Shown here piece after piece: positions 1-14,227 of a DNA stretch of 64,000 nt. The DNA comes from Ancylonema sp. (lineage: Eukaryota). The stretch's first letter is position 1; each line of letters starts with the position of its first letter. The stretch is from the NCBI GenBank assembly GCA_050230475.1, contig JBFLGF010000155.1, positions 1 to 64,000 of the forward strand, in the 5' to 3' direction. The notes under the pieces were generated by a model. That model did not search any database. It saw only the letters and a program-made list of their open reading frames with translations, and was not told the DNA's origin. Both the position numbers and the translations under genes were made by a program.

Positions 1-493
1 CCACAACAATATGTGTAGGTTCTTTGAAACGACTGTACAAAGAAGACACGGACTCTGTGGCTGACAATGGTTTGACTTTTTGGATCTTGGTGATTTGCTC
101 ATTGATAGATTGCCGAAAACGGTCATGTAGCTCTTTGCACAAGGTGGTGAGCTCGTCAGGTTCTGGTCCAGGTAGAGGTGTCGGTCGTGCCATAGGTGTG
201 GCTAAGAATCTACCCTGTATTCTCCAGTAGTACATTTCAGAGTTCGTCTCACGATGGGTGTCACGAGTGGCCATAAGGGTTGCGTCACCAAGATTGTCCT
301 TCCTAAACTTTTTCCAGACATCGTGTGCTATTCCCTTGGTGAATTGACCTGCATACTCGATCGTATCCCACTGAACATGTCCGTTCCTTTCGTTCAAAGT
401 TTTGTATCTAGAATATGACCACAGTGCATCCACAAATTCTTCTTGCTTGTCACCGACCTCGCCTGAATACAAGGGTACTTTCTGTTCAGACAT
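1..493 (-). mobile_element. Ty3/Gypsy-type gag ORF, partial (runs off the window start)
   Basis: Stop-free minus-strand frame translated by hand from ATG 493: MSEQKVPLYSGEVGDKQEEFVDALW...EYAGQFTKGIAHDVW...ESVSSLYSRFKE. This is a retrotransposon-gag pattern. It is absent from the ORF track because there is no stop in the window. Confidence 0.6.
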
Positions 494-1429
494 GTCGTTT
501 GTAGTAGTGTCAAAAAAAAAAAAAAATGTTCCGGGATGACGGTAAAAGGTAGTGTCGGTATCAAAGCAAAGGGTGCTGCAACGGGATTGAAGACAATGGA
601 ATCAGGGTGAAAATCGGCGCGGAAAAATGATTTTTGTGGTGAAAAACCTGGATCCAGTAGATGGTGAATACACTCCTGCACACCAATATTTGTAGCAACG
701 CCGTGGTTGCTTGGAAGAATTTAATTTTTGGTGAGCTGTTAGTCAACACTAGGCGACAAAGTTTTAGAGCAAACAAAAAAATTTGTAGCTCAATCGATAA
801 TTTTACGTGAACTACATCTGGACAGCAGTCTGGCAGAGCTGTCACGTCAATGAAATGGAAAATGCTATAAGTCAACAAATACTTATTCAAATTGATTGTC
901 CTTTAGAGGGATTATATATAATGAAAAACAACAGAAGCTCACAAAACTTCAAGGCGATTTTTTTTTTTTGCAGAATCTGACAGCTGCATGAAGTTGACAG
1001 TGTTCCCAAGGGTGCCTTTTGCGAGAGTTTGGAAATGGAAATGGAGCTGTTCAGCTCCTCCTTTTTCTTTCACAGCAGAAATGAAATATCCGTTTACCGA
1101 GGCACGGTGTGGATCAAAACAAGTTTCTGAACCGATGAAAAATGTCCGTTTACCACTGAGGGTGTGGATCGAACGATTTGATGATCACTTATCCGTTTAC
1201 CGAAATTCGGTGTGGATCGACAACGAGGGTACGAACCGGTCCCATAAATTTATTCATATGCACAAAATATCCTATAACCAGGACTTGCAAAAGAATATAC
1301 ACACGGCTACTGAGGTGGTCAGCTAGCGAACAAAACAAATCGGATGAAACGGGAAGGGGAAAAAAAATTATGACCTTCCAAGCTTGAAGACCTCGATGCA
1401 GATTTACTCTCTTCCTTCCGCTGTGTGTT

Positions 1430-2200
1430 TAGAGTATGGTGTTGATTGAGTCTCAACTGATAGAAGTAGAAATGAAGATCTACGACTATATGCGACTTAT
1501 CAGTGGAGGTCACAAAAGTTACTGCTCACTGAAGGCTGCGATGCACTCGATGCAATACACTAGAGGTCAATAGCGTAGGATCAATCAAGACATGCAAGTG
1601 CACAATTTCACAACACGCGACAATTGATGCAAAAAAATTGAGGGCAAATAGCCGATGAATTTCTGCAGATGGAATTGCAGAATCTGATATAAGCTTCGGG
1701 ATATGCGCAAACACTTTATAATATCAAACGATGCGATGGACAAGACGGCTCAAAGCGTGAGGACACAATCTAGCGTACACTAGGGGGTGTAGCTTGAAGT
1801 AAACGATTCTGGTGACGCCCACTTAATGGCTGGTCACAAGGGTGCAAAACTTGCAAGGGTGATGACATTTGCGAGGGTAACGAGATTCTGGCTACGGCAG
1901 AATTCACAACGATGCGTATGCAAAACGGCACACGGACGGCTTTAATTCACTTGCGATGAGAAAAACACGCACAAGAAAGCAATCATAATTTATGAACTTA
2001 CGGCTATGGAAGCGACGCGCAGCTCGTACAATTCTGGCACGGAGTCAAAATTCGAACGGCGCTGATGACATAAGAAGAAGATGGAAATATTCAGAACACT
2101 CAGATTGCAAAAATATCTCTAGAAATTTGACAGTGTAAACTTACAGCGGAAGCTGAAAGTTGTGAGCACAAACTTTGTTCTTAAACAATCGACGCGGCTT
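1430..2200. repeat. Degenerate copy of LTR family X; carries the empty site of the hAT insertion at 23252
   Basis: Shares blocks with 29390-30150 (agggcaaatagccgat..; aacaatcgacgcggc) and, inverted, with 20878-20940. Reads tgttgattgaGTCTCAACtgatagaa with a single GTCTCAAC. Boundaries approximate. Confidence 0.65.
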
Positions 2201-3065
2201 TTTGCACTAAGCAAGACAATATTAATTACGACATGGCATTTTCACGTTACAAAGAGTACGCAGAGAAGAATTGGGTGAGAGTTGAGAAGTAGATGACAAT
2301 CAAATATGATCGGAACGCCGCTGAATGTGCCCAACTATGTATGCAAGGCGACGCAACAGAGGGCAAATATTTGACAATAAAACTCCACCACGAAGCATGC
2401 TAAAATAGTGAATAACATAAATGTTATCAGTTGGTGATTGGAGGGCCCGCAAACCATTGCTAGTAGATGCTATAGATTGTTAAATGGTGCAAAAATCCAT
2501 TGTAAGGCACATCTTTGAATACATTCAGCCCCCCCCATTTAGACACATATAAAGAGAGTTGGCACTATCTAGTCGTGATATTCAGTCTCCCTCAAGGATC
2601 ACGAATCTCAAAAAACACGGACGTGTTTTTTTTCCGGAATTATGTTACACCTTACTTTACCCAAAACTAATGTTTTGCTTGTTTTCCTTGCCCAACGACT
2701 ATCTTTGCCCAATTCTTGCAACAGCCTCTGCAACTTCCTGCATGACGTCCCCAACTAACCGTCCAACCTCCGAATCAGACCTGCGCAGTCACAAAGGAAA
2801 CAACAACAATCGACATAGCAGTCGCAGTAAGAAACCAAAAAACATTGATCTTGTACTGCCGCTCGATTCAAGAGAGACCCAACGCATCTTAAAGCGAGTT
2901 ATATCGCTTACAGCTTATCGCTTGTAGCAACTATTGTTATTAGGCAAATTCGCATATTCTGAACCGCTAAGGTAGAAGCAACGCTACGCTCATCATCCAC
3001 ATGTGAGACAAAGGTTTCCCCCTTCCGTTTCAAACAACGCGTTTCTTCATTCCTCCCTCCCTTCC

Positions 3066-4099
3066 TTACAATGTATTGCTTAGAGCTTTCCTGCCCCTCC
3101 GTTGGCTCGCACTCACTCCCACGTTTGAGTAACTGTTCTTAGAGTCGTAGGCACGACCCTTTCCTAAACCATAGCCAAATCTGCATTTTTTGGCACACAC
3201 AACCGGGCAAGGAATCAAGTCTCTTCACCAAGTATCGGGTCCCACTCGTCAATCATGATGAGACGTAATGGTAAACACTTCCTAGTAATCTCATGCAAAC
3301 TGTTGTGTACAATCTGTTGGGTATGACCTCATTAGTGTGCTGCAGATGACTGCTATTATTTTGGTCTGATTATATTTTACCCTAACCTCTAGTGTACAAC
3401 ACAAGCACCTCGTGTAAAAAACTTCAAACCAAACCCCAACCGCTTTGATACCAAATGGCAGAAGCATCCGCTGCAAATGTCACCAAGTTGAAAAGGCCGA
3501 AGCTTCTTGGAAGCCATGGATAGACTCACCCACTGCCAACTCCGCATCCACCTCCGAATCCGAAACCAAATTGCAGACCAGGTAGACCGACTCCCAGTCC
3601 CACACCTGAGACAGAAACAATGGCGAAAAAGATTGCATCACACACACACATACACACTGGAGTACGACGAAAACGAATGTCGAAAGACCTTTGCTACGCT
3701 TTTGTTATGATTGCGAGTAACACGATGCTCTTTGGAAAGAGACACGAATGCCACATTCCTAAAAGACCTCGACTTCTTGTGGATTCGCACATCACTTGAC
3801 CTCATTGAAGGTAGCCATACATGATGGCCACCCAGTGGAAACAAGACAAGGAGGATTACGGCTGCTTTTGACTCGTATCAGCGGGTTGTTTACCATCGTG
3901 GTCCACATCAAATCATGCGTTGCCACTCCGTATTATTTTTGTGTTTTGTGAGCGAGTCACACTCACCACCTACAATGCCAACGCCAAAGCCGACACCACA
4001 GCCGAGTCCATAACCAAATGCTGGCCCAAGCTTTCCCCACTCTGGTGACTTGACCTCGGGAAGAATCTTCCAAAGACCTTTCTTGTCTGATCTAGACAT
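3066..4099 (-). CDS. Conserved plant glycine-rich protein (At4g10330-like), 3 exons: 4099-3967, 3605-3530, 3180-3066
   Basis: GT-AG splicing gives MSRSDKKGLWKILPEVKSPEWGKLGPAFGYGLGCGVGFGVGIVGG-VGLGVGLPGLQFGFGFGGGCGVGSG-FGYGLGKGRAYDSKNSYSNVG..TL*. Family recognised from memory. The last exon boundary is uncertain. Confidence 0.75.
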
Positions 4100-6012
4100 G
4101 GCACCTCTTGGACACGGGTGGGAAGAGCAACGCCAGTCGGTGAAACAAACTTTGTCGGTGCTTTACTCAGTTGGAAGGGGGCAGGCAGGATTGAATGCGA
4201 CCAGAAGCAATCTGCATGACAGAGACAGTAGGCTGGAGAATAATGAAGAGATTTTAACGATTCGACAATTACAGGAAACATAGATGTTGACAACGGCTAC
4301 TCAGAAGCAATCTTGCTTTTCTATAGAAACAAGTATAATTTCATAAAGAACTCACGGAACCATCAGCTTTTGAATGCAAATATAGAGGAATTTCCTCGTA
4401 GCGCCTGGTTCATCTTAACTAGGACAATCAATCTTTTTGACTAAAAATGCACAGGAAGGTAATGTGACAGTTCACAACGCATCGACAAAGAAAACATGAA
4501 AACCATAGTGCCGAAGAATTCTTCCTTACAACTCTTTTTCTGTTTCACTTCTTTTTTTGATTCATCGCTCTCCTAATACTTCCACAGGCATGGCAGCTTC
4601 ACAGGCAATATATGTCCCTGTTCTTGTCACCAGCACCAACAGCAATTGCCCAATCTGTCTCTGGATATTTATCCGCCAGAATTCTGCGGGAACGAAACTA
4701 CTGCAGAGTCTAGTCCCAAACAAGTGGACGCCATGGCTATGTACCAATTCTTCAGAAATCTGGACCTTACGGTGTACGGTTAATACAAGAGCCGGTATAT
4801 CGATCTTCGAGACGAACGAAATTCAAGGGCAACCGACACCTACCTTCTCGAACGTTGCGCATTCTGTTCACTGTATCGGTACTTGCCGCTGTATTCGTAC
4901 AGATCCCTAAAGGTCAGCTATTTCTCTGAGCACACACAGCTGAGCATCGTTCTCGAGGCACACACAGCTCGCAGAAATGGCTGAAGCTGATATAATATCA
5001 CTTGCATCTTTGAGTGGCCGTTGATCAGCGGCGTTTCGTCCCTGTAGAGGCCAAGACTAATTCTGAAAGGATCTGTAATTGTTGGTATAGGCGGTGAGCA
5101 TCTCACGGCTGGAAACTGCAAGTTTTCAACATGTTTTCTTTCATTCGACGTAAGCAGTGGTCAAGAAACTTTCCATGTCATTTTTTCCCGTCGTGTTCTC
5201 ACCTTCCACTCAATTTTTCCCGGTCCGAAGTGCTTCGTGAAGCATTAAATGGACGCGCAAAATGACAGACCGACTCCAGAGTCCCCGAAAGATTTTCGGT
5301 TGTAAAACAAACAGACAAATTCTAGCATTCAATACATATGTTTGGAAGCATACTGGAGAATGAAGTTGCCTCCAAGTGGCATTGCGGACAATATCATTGC
5401 TAAGTCTGACTGTGATGTGCAATGTCATGATTTCTCTGACTGCAGATTCTGTCCATTGCTGATCGCGCGCCTAATAGCAAGTGACGATTTTTCTTGAGAA
5501 AAATGAGAGAGAGGCTGTGCAAGCTGGGACTTCAGCTGTGGACGGCCAGCTCGAGGGTTCCTGGCTCAGCAAAAGGTATAGTTTTTTCAAATTAAGCTGG
5601 TTGATTATCTTGCTGAATATTATACTAATAAGAATACACGGATGATCTTGCTTCAAGAAGTAGCTTGTATTCATTGTTTTATGAAGAATGCGTCATGACT
5701 ACAGTTCACCGCATCATGCTTTGTGTGTCATTAGTGGTAAAATTAGTCTTCGACCTCATTTCGGTCTGTATATATTGTTTTACATTACGTTTTTGAGAAT
5801 AGATAGAAGCATGTCAGCACTTAAACACCACAATCGGCGATCATGTGCATGTGAATTCCACTTTTATAAGTCTTGATAGTCAGAGTAAAACTTCGCGAAA
5901 CTTCGCAATTGGCTTGCATCTTCCAGTCATAAGAAAGGTGATTATTTCCACCGCTTCCGTCAATCTGGAGAAAGAAAAAAACTTATGGCAGAAACAGAAT
6001 AGGTGCCCTGTG

Positions 6013-6852
6013 ATGAACATGATGAAGAAGTATAAGAGGTATGCTTGTCTGCACTCCCGATTCTCGTCTCCAAGTGCTTCATTCTCAGATTTTGGCGGAC
6101 TTTGTGCCAGATGTGATCAGTCCTCTCACCCTAGTTTGCATCTGCACATTCCAGGGGGAGGCACGCATTGTGAATTCAGGCAGTCTGTTCCCTCACCGTC
6201 TTCAGCTGCTCAACATGCCTGCGGGCATCAACTTCTTGTACCATGGGAGTTCGGGAATCAACGTCGCCCGCTGAGCAGCTGGACGAGAGCAAGAACAGCT
6301 GGCGCTGAGGCGGGCAACTTGAAGGACCCGGAAGGGTGGGCCAATACGGGAGGCGGATCGGAGGCAGGAGAGGCAGCAAGGGTGCAGGGCTCATATGTGA
6401 ATGGTGTAGGACCGGAATACGTGGCTGCTAGGGCTGCCGAACCTGACACAGGTGCTGCCCCGTCGCAATCTGAGCAAGTAAGCAATGACACGGAAATTGC
6501 TGGAGGGACAAGTTCTGGGGCAGGAGAGCCAGAATCGGTCGAAAAGAATGGAGATCAGCACACTTCAAGGAGATCAAAGCGACATGACCTCGCTATTCTC
6601 TACACTTGTACAGTGTGTGACACTCGCTCTGGCCAAACTATGAGTAGGTCGACCTATGATACGGGTGTAGTGATCATAAGATGTCCGAACTGTAAGAATC
6701 TGCACTTAATAGCTGACAGGCTGGGTTGGTTTGGGGAACCAGGCAGTGTGGAAGACTTTTTGTCAGCCAGGGGTGTGTCCGTCAGAAGAGGGGCAGAAAA
6801 GTCATATGAATTCACAGCCGAGGACCTGGTAGGCTGGTCCAAGACGGAATGA
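6013..6852 (+). CDS. DNL-type zinc finger protein (Hep1/Zim17-like organellar Hsp70 escort)
   Basis: C-terminal YTCTVCDTRS...GVVIIRCPNCKNLHLIADRLGWF is the zf-DNL signature, preceded by a basic/Ser-rich, transit-peptide-like N-terminus. Start uncertain: the frame is open from 5845, and ATG 6013 is in frame. Confidence 0.88.
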   Translation: MNMMKKYKRYACLHSRFSSPSASFSDFGGLCARCDQSSHPSLHLHIPGGGTHCEFRQSVPSPSSAAQHACGHQLLVPWEFGNQRRPLSSWTRARTAGAEAGNLKDPEGWANTGGGSEAGEAARVQGSYVNGVGPEYVAARAAEPDTGAAPSQSEQVSNDTEIAGGTSSGAGEPESVEKNGDQHTSRRSKRHDLAILYTCTVCDTRSGQTMSRSTYDTGVVIIRCPNCKNLHLIADRLGWFGEPGSVEDFLSARGVSVRRGAEKSYEFTAEDLVGWSKTE

Positions 6853-7900
6853 TTGAGAAATTACGAACTCTTGTATGATATTGCTTTCCGTTTCATGTGT
6901 CAATGGACACCCATATTTAAACCATAATTAGGACATTTTGACACAATCGTAGAGGATCCATTCCACATGTAAGACGATGGTGTGGACCTAGATCACGTCT
7001 GTGAGATCCGTGAAATATTCCTCCAGTCAAAATGTGAATTTCGTCCAAAATCGGTTATCGGAGCATTCCAGGGCTCCTTGAAGTGGATCCGTAGAGTTAT
7101 AGCAGTACACCAAGATCGGGAGGATGAAGAAGGGGGAGATGATGAAGAAGGGGGAGATGAGCACGAAGAGGGAGAGGGGAACGAGGAGGGGGGGGGAGAA
7201 AGAAGAAGAGGAGGACAAGGACAAAGAGGAGGAGGAAAGTTGGTCGATAATCACGCAAAAATGGAATTTGAAATCGAAAATTGACTTTTTACTCTTGCTC
7301 GTTACGTTAGCTCTATTTTCACTTCTTAATTATCTATGTTCATTTCTATGATGTCAATATCATGTTCCATCCCAAACCTGCACATTGGGACGCACTTATT
7401 TCCACTAGTACCCCCATTTCCACTAGTAACAATCTAGTCTTTTCTGTCGAATTTCTTTCTCTATGGTCAATGCTATTTGGTTGCGATGTAGTCATTATAC
7501 TTCATATCACCAACATTTATATTTCATATCTCCATTAAATCATTCATAAGCTCTGGGTCTCACTTCGATACTCTCGAGTAGTGGCGCATGCAATACCTTC
7601 TCATATGGCAATTTGCGTGTGTGGCATTTTTGGCCGCACTTGGAATTCAAGGACATCAAAAGAGATAACAATCAATCACACTACCGTATCACGATATCGA
7701 ATCATGCATATGAGATTGCTTGGCAATATACAACTACTTGTTGATTCCGCAATTTGATTCCCAAAAAACGTATGGGGACAATGTTTTCTACTCCCCGTTT
7801 GGGGCCCATATGAATCTAGTTTTACTCTTTTCTAACGAAAACGATAAGGGCTTGGAGATGGGGTTTAACGAAATACTTCAAAATTCATTCCCTATATATG

Positions 7901-7939
7901 TATTCCATATTCCATATTCCATATTCCATATTCCATATT
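7901..7939. repeat. (TATTCCA)n microsatellite
   Basis: About five tandem 7-mers. Confidence 0.9.
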
Positions 7940-9555
7940 GTATATCATTTGACGATAATGTGGGACCATAGTGGGTTCCGCTCCGCTCCCGGAATTTGCG
8001 AGCCTGGCTGCGAGCCGGTTTCCGCCCGGGGTGGGTCCGCCCTGGGCAGAATTTTTTCCTCCCGGGACAGCCAACTATGCATATTGATCAAGTGATTACC
8101 AAATGTTGCTTGATGTATGCTTTCTAGTAAAGTTTCTAGGTAGAAAGTTTCTACCTACATAGTGGTAATAGATAATGACCCGAAATAATTCCAAGAGGGG
8201 TGGGTCGGGCCATTTTTTTTATTTAAATTATCACCCACTCGGCCATGCATTGAATACTATTTTCGCAAAGTGGGAAGTGGGTCATTATATTGACTGCATT
8301 TGGTGTTTCCTACATTTTCGTGGCTCGATCCCGGATCCCCGTGCTCCCATTGTGATCTCAGGTCGCCGGATTGATCGGATCCAACGGATCAATTGCGATC
8401 AACCCCATCCGTACGTGTCTATTCATACGGTATATGATATTGCTGCGGTTCATCATATGCATATCCTATTGGTTATAAATAATGACAACCCAATTAATCG
8501 TGTGTTGTTTTTGGGTGGATTTGGGTCATGACATATTAATTCCCATCTGCCCGAGTCAAATTAAAGGGTCACCGGATATTGATAAGGAACAAGTTTTAGA
8601 TCCTGATGAAACCAATTCAAATAAAGACTCCCGGGTCATTTACCCGGCTCATATCTATGCTGCGGTATAAGTGTCATGGGGTGCGAGTTTGACAAATATT
8701 AATATTCCATTCAAATATTTGATGATATTGTGGACCTCCAACATTCGGTACCCTCACAAGCGACACACATGAAAAAAGTCGTTAGAAACTCCGTTGCTAA
8801 CCGATTATTTTTCAAGTATCTCAGAGCTATCAAGGGCATCAATGTGGTGAACTTGTCCTTGGGTACTTTTGATTTTGTTCCCTAAGATTTTGTTCTCTAA
8901 CAAGTGGTACAAACCAGCAAATGAATGCTTAGTTTTATTTCACCCATTATGCAACAAGAATAATCACAGCCAACCAGTATCAAATAAGTAAGTGTACCCG
9001 AAAATTACATCCGTGTGTAAATAGAATGTACATCAGGGATCTGTCTCTACGCAACCAAAGGTTCGGGTCATAGACATGCCCATCCAATATTACACAGGGG
9101 CCACCTGGACTGCCCTGCGTGTTTGAAATTTCAATCATTTAATAATAAAAGTATACATGAATGGTTAATATCCCTTAATTTCCCTTCAACACTTGATTTT
9201 CATTCCCTTCCATTGGGGATAAAAATTGCAAATGTACAAAGTATAGGTAATAATGGGGGCACGAAAAAGAGGAAAATATGTGCATTTCACCAGTTTTATG
9301 ACTGAGATTTAGCTTGAAATTCGGTGAGCTATATTTGGACCTGGTATCCTTCATGCTACTAGTAATCCGATTTAGTGTATAATATTAGCATTCAGCACTT
9401 GCGTAAGTTTGCATGTACAGTACAACTGTATCAGAATATCTGACGTGGGAAGCACCTTCGCCCCTGAAGCTAACACCCCATCAAACATTGTCTTAAACAG
9501 GGAACAGGTAGTATAGCAGATAGGCAGCTGGTTGAAACACTTCCTGAAGGTTGGT

Positions 9556-9571
9556 GGTGTTAAAAAACACC
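9556..9571 (-). terminator. Histone 3' stem-loop of H2B
   Basis: Minus strand reads aaaat GGTGTT TTTT AACACC accaa: 6-bp stem, 4-nt U-rich loop, 22 nt after the stop codon. Confidence 0.85.
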
Positions 9572-9593
9572 ATTTTGAATATATTCACCAGAT

Positions 9594-10214
9594 CTAGACG
9601 GACGTGAACTTTGTGACTGCCTTGGTGCCCTCGGACACCGCGTGCTTCGCCAAGTCTCCTGGGAGGACCAATCGAACAGCAGTTTGAATCTCCCTGGAGG
9701 TGATGGTGGGCTTCTTGTTATACCGGGCCAGTCGTGCAGACTCTGTAGCAAGCTTCTCGAAGATGTCGTTGATGAAGGAATTCATGATGGACATCGCCTT
9801 GGATGAGATACCGGTGTCCGGGTGCACCTGGAAAAAACATTGTAGCTTGTCAGTGAGAATCATGATCCACTGGCGTGCCGATCGATATTTAGATATAAGA
9901 CACAACGGGCAAACACGAAGGAAGAACGCAGGGAGCACGCAATGGTGATTCATCCAGCGTACGGTATGAAGCGAATGCCATGGATCTCGTCTAGATCATG
10001 CGAATGAACAACTTTTTTATCAACCGCTTACCTGTTTCAAGACCTTGTAGATGTAGATTTTGTAAGTCTCGACGGACTTCCTGCTTCCCTTCTTCCTTCC
10101 CTTCTTCTCTCCAGCGGGCTTCTTCTCCGCAGCAGGCTTCTTAGAAGCGGCAGGCTTCTTCTCAGCGGCAGGTTTCTTGGTAGCGGGGGCTTTCTCAGCA
10201 GCTTTGGGGGCCAT
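9594..10214 (-). CDS. H2B: Histone H2B, 2 exons (10214-10032, 9827-9594)
   Basis: [56 protein letters not shown], with a 204-bp GT-AG intron. Confidence 0.97.
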
Positions 10215-10724
10215 GGTGCAAGATGTGAATGTGTACGGTTAGGTGGATGTGGAACTGCGGTGGAGTCGGAAAACAACTAGGTAGACGGGCGGGGGATAAT
10301 TCTGGATATAAATGCCACAAGCTACGCACGGGAAGCTGCGATACGAAGCTTCAAAATTTGAAATATTGAAATTTTCGGCCTAGACGCCAGGTTTCATCGG
10401 ACCAATCGTTTGCCTCTCGCGGGAAGCAAACGTTCAACAATTTCGACCGTCCAGATAGACATCGACGGCTCATTTTTCCTACATATGAATACCGTTCGAT
10501 TGTGGGAGATGGACGGTGTGGATCAAACATGATTCATAACTTCTGGAGGGTCTTTTTGAACTGTTTTATTTCGACGCGAAGTATGGAATTGAAGGACGTG
10601 TCTCCTGACAGCTACATATTCGTCGTCCGCGACAGCAGATATCCATCCGCCAACTTCGCCTCGTCTCTCTGTGCCCGAACCTCGTCTACACTCCTTCGCA
10701 GCAGTTCTACTTCCACCTTCAAAC
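10215..10724. promoter_or_regulatory. Bidirectional H2B/H4 promoter region
   Basis: 510 bp between divergent ATGs. Contains a TATA-like gatataaa (~10306), CCAAT (10402), an E2F-like cgcgggaa (~10418) and several (A/G)ACGG MSA/nonamer-like cores (10445-10520). Confidence 0.6.
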
Positions 10725-11394
<670 letters not shown>

Positions 11395-11421
11395 CTAATC
11401 CAAGATTTAACTACCAAAAAT

Positions 11422-11437
11422 GGTGTTTTTAAACACC
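11422..11437 (+). terminator. Histone 3' stem-loop of H4
   Basis: aaaaat GGTGTT TTTA AACACC accaa, 27 nt after the stop. Same stem and flanks as the H2B hairpin. Confidence 0.85.
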
Positions 11438-12543
11438 ACCAATTTGGAATTTGATCATTTCGCATGTATATTTGTACTTTACTCAGCTGTTCTATTGGCT
11501 CACAAATACACAGGCAACTGCCATGTACGGTCCGGTTGCGGTTTAAACATCCGCCTAGAATTTCCCGCCATCATTGTGCACCTCGACCGACACTTGATAC
11601 CGTTTTCCCAACATTTGATTTTCAAACAAAGTTGGCCAGCAATCTAACGTTCGTCACAAACTTGAATTGCCTCACTAATCTTGTGTTCTGGTTATGTAAT
11701 CCGACATATCTGAAAAATATTTAGTTGTATACGTGTAAAGTATGGTGCATAATTATCTTTCTCAATGGTTGTGCACGTATTTGCAAGTGCGTTGCAATTG
11801 CAAATTTTCAAAGTAGGAATGATGTTACATAGGAGGTCTACATAATGACATGGAATAATGTGTATATGATGTGTATTCATATGTTCATATTACAAAAGGT
11901 TGAATGTGCAAAATGTTGAATGTTGAACACAACACCGAATTCATTATTGACATAGAATTTGTGAACTTCATGCATTCTGTGATGCATGTATCAGGCTTTT
12001 TCTTTTGATAAATGGAATGCAAATTTGGAGTAATATTTGAGATGCAGACAACCATGTGGTTGTACACAAGAGAAATGTTTGTTATACATTTTATTGATTA
12101 TCAAATAACCAATGGTTCGAATTGATGGCTTTGTTTAGTAAACTAATACAATATCTATAAACAATAACCAACGTTAAGGCAAAGAGCACTTGCACAACTG
12201 TAGACACTAATGTGAACAGAAAATCGAACCATGAAAAGTGAACAACAATCAAACAGTCATTGATATAGTCAAATGTCACATGAGAACTTTCACATGAGAA
12301 ACTACAGTATAACCTTTCTAAAGGAATATTGTATAAAGAAATAACCTCTTTAAAGGAATACAGGATAGTACCAAACCCGGATTTCTTGGAAACCATTTTT
12401 GTCTAAATAAATAATGTGTCTAAATAAATATAATTGCCCGGTCCCGAGAATATCACTTTAGACAGGTTTTTTAGTATTGTGTTTGTGGTGCGTTTTTGCA
12501 CGTAAATTCATAAATGTACAGGGGCTGGCGGGCAGGCGGCCTA

Positions 12544-14036
12544 CCGAACTCGCCATACATAATGACCCACAAATAATCATTGAAAGGGTGGGTCGGGTCA
12601 AATTGAATAATTCATTTTTTGGGGTTGGGTCACTCCATACTTTCCGAAATTCGGCGTAGTGGGTCAATATCGTAAAATCGGGTTTTTTCGTTATTTTGCT
12701 CAAAATACATACGTGGTTGGATCCCGATCGCCAAGAATCAATCGTGGTCCTTTATCGGCGGAATCTATTGTCATTGGTTTCCTTTTCACAAATTTAGGGG
12801 GGTAAATGGACATGTTGGGGAACAATTAAGGTGCATATTTTTCTTGCATTTTTGCGGCATGCACAAGCCAACATGATAAACAACATAGAGTTTCTATATT
12901 TTTTAAAACACAATACACCCTTCAAAATTCCGAAAAGTATGGAAAAATCGAAAACCCGAAAGAATGTGGATATTTCCACACACTCACTTACTAGTCACTC
13001 ACTCACTACACACTACTCACACTCTTTCACTATTTAATCTTCACTTCTCTTCCACTTCATGAGTCACTGTTCAGGTGTGAGAGTCGCAAGGCCGCAATCT
13101 AGAGCCGACAATGCACCCCACCGAGATAAGGCTTTTGAATGAAAGAGAGCGGATGAACGGCGAATAAATTTGAGATGAAGGAAAGTGAACGGATTCTAGA
13201 TTGTAAAGTGAACGGATGAACGGCGAATGAATTTGAGATGAAGGAAAGTGAACGAGTTTTAGAGTGTAAAGTGAACGGATGAACGGCAAATGGATTTGAG
13301 GTAACGGAAAGTGAACGGGTTTTAGAGTGTTAAGTGAACGGATGAACGACGAATGAATTTGAGGTGAAGGAAAGTGAACGGGTTTTTTAGTGTAAAGTGA
13401 ACGGATGAACGGCGAATAATTTGGAGGTAAAGGAAAGTGACCGGGTTTTAGAGTGTAAAGTCAACGGATGAACGGCGAATGAATTTGAGATAAAGGAAAG
13501 TGAACGGGTTTTAGAGTGTAAAGTCAACGGATGAACGGCAAATGAATTTGGGGTAAAGGAAAGTGGAAAGATTTTTAGTGTAAAGTGAACGGATGAACGG
13601 CAAATGAATTTGAGGTAAAGGAAAGTGAACGGGTTTTTCACTTCAAAGTGAATGGATGAACGTCGAATGAATTGGAGGTAAAGGAAAGTGAACGAGTTTT
13701 TTAGTGTAAAGTAAACGGATGAACGGCGACTAAATTTGAGATAAAGGAAAGTGAACGGATTTTTTAGTGGGAAGTGAACGGTAGAGTAAAAAAAACCTCG
13801 GGAATATCAGAAAAAAAAAGATGGCCGAAAGATAACCCCCCAAGGTTTACAGTGCCATAATAATAGTTCGGTACTCGTGCGGTACAAAATTGCGTGGGGT
13901 TTGAAGGTGGGTCATTTTTCTTGCCGGGTCAAGATATTTAAAATAAAAAAAACCCTGGTCATAATTGTGGGTCACGGGATAATAACTATATTTTGCCCGG
14001 GTCAAGTTGGTGGGTCATTATGTATTGCCACTATGG
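12544..14036 (+). mobile_element. Non-autonomous TIR element (family A) with internal ~60-bp tandem array
   Basis: Imperfect TIRs ta|CCGAACTCGCCATACATAATGACCC ... GGGTCATTATGTATTGCCACTATGG. Homologous to 46790-48110 and, inverted, to 14228-15460 and 35950-38073. Confidence 0.7.
13140..13781. repeat. ~60-bp tandem repeat, about 10-11 units
   Basis: Unit approx. AAGTGAACGGATGAACGGCGAATGAATTTGAGGTAAAGGAAAGTGAACGGGTTTTAGAGTGT. Confidence 0.9.
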
Positions 14037-14227
14037 CCACTACTGTTTTAATATGTATGACTATAGGGCTTGATACATATTTAGCGGGCCTATTGAATGA
14101 CGAGAATTTAGAATAGTTCATTTTCGAGGATTTCGGGGTTCAAAAATACAAGATAAGTAAACTATGGCTTTTAAACATTTGAAATGTATCGTACGGGTTA
14201 GATATAATGATCGACAAATTATAAATA

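Noticed and set aside
3405..3470. Possible extra exon in the glycine-rich gene
   Set aside because: Direct splicing of 3530 to 3180 already restores the conserved GFGYG sequence, and there is no transcript evidence for the extra exon.
6982..7351. Acidic/Gly-rich ORFs
   Set aside because: Purine-rich low-complexity tract that is open in several frames.
13140..13781. Regularly spaced repeats resembling a CRISPR array
   Set aside because: The inter-motif segments are themselves repeated rather than unique spacers, there are no cas genes, and the context is eukaryotic.
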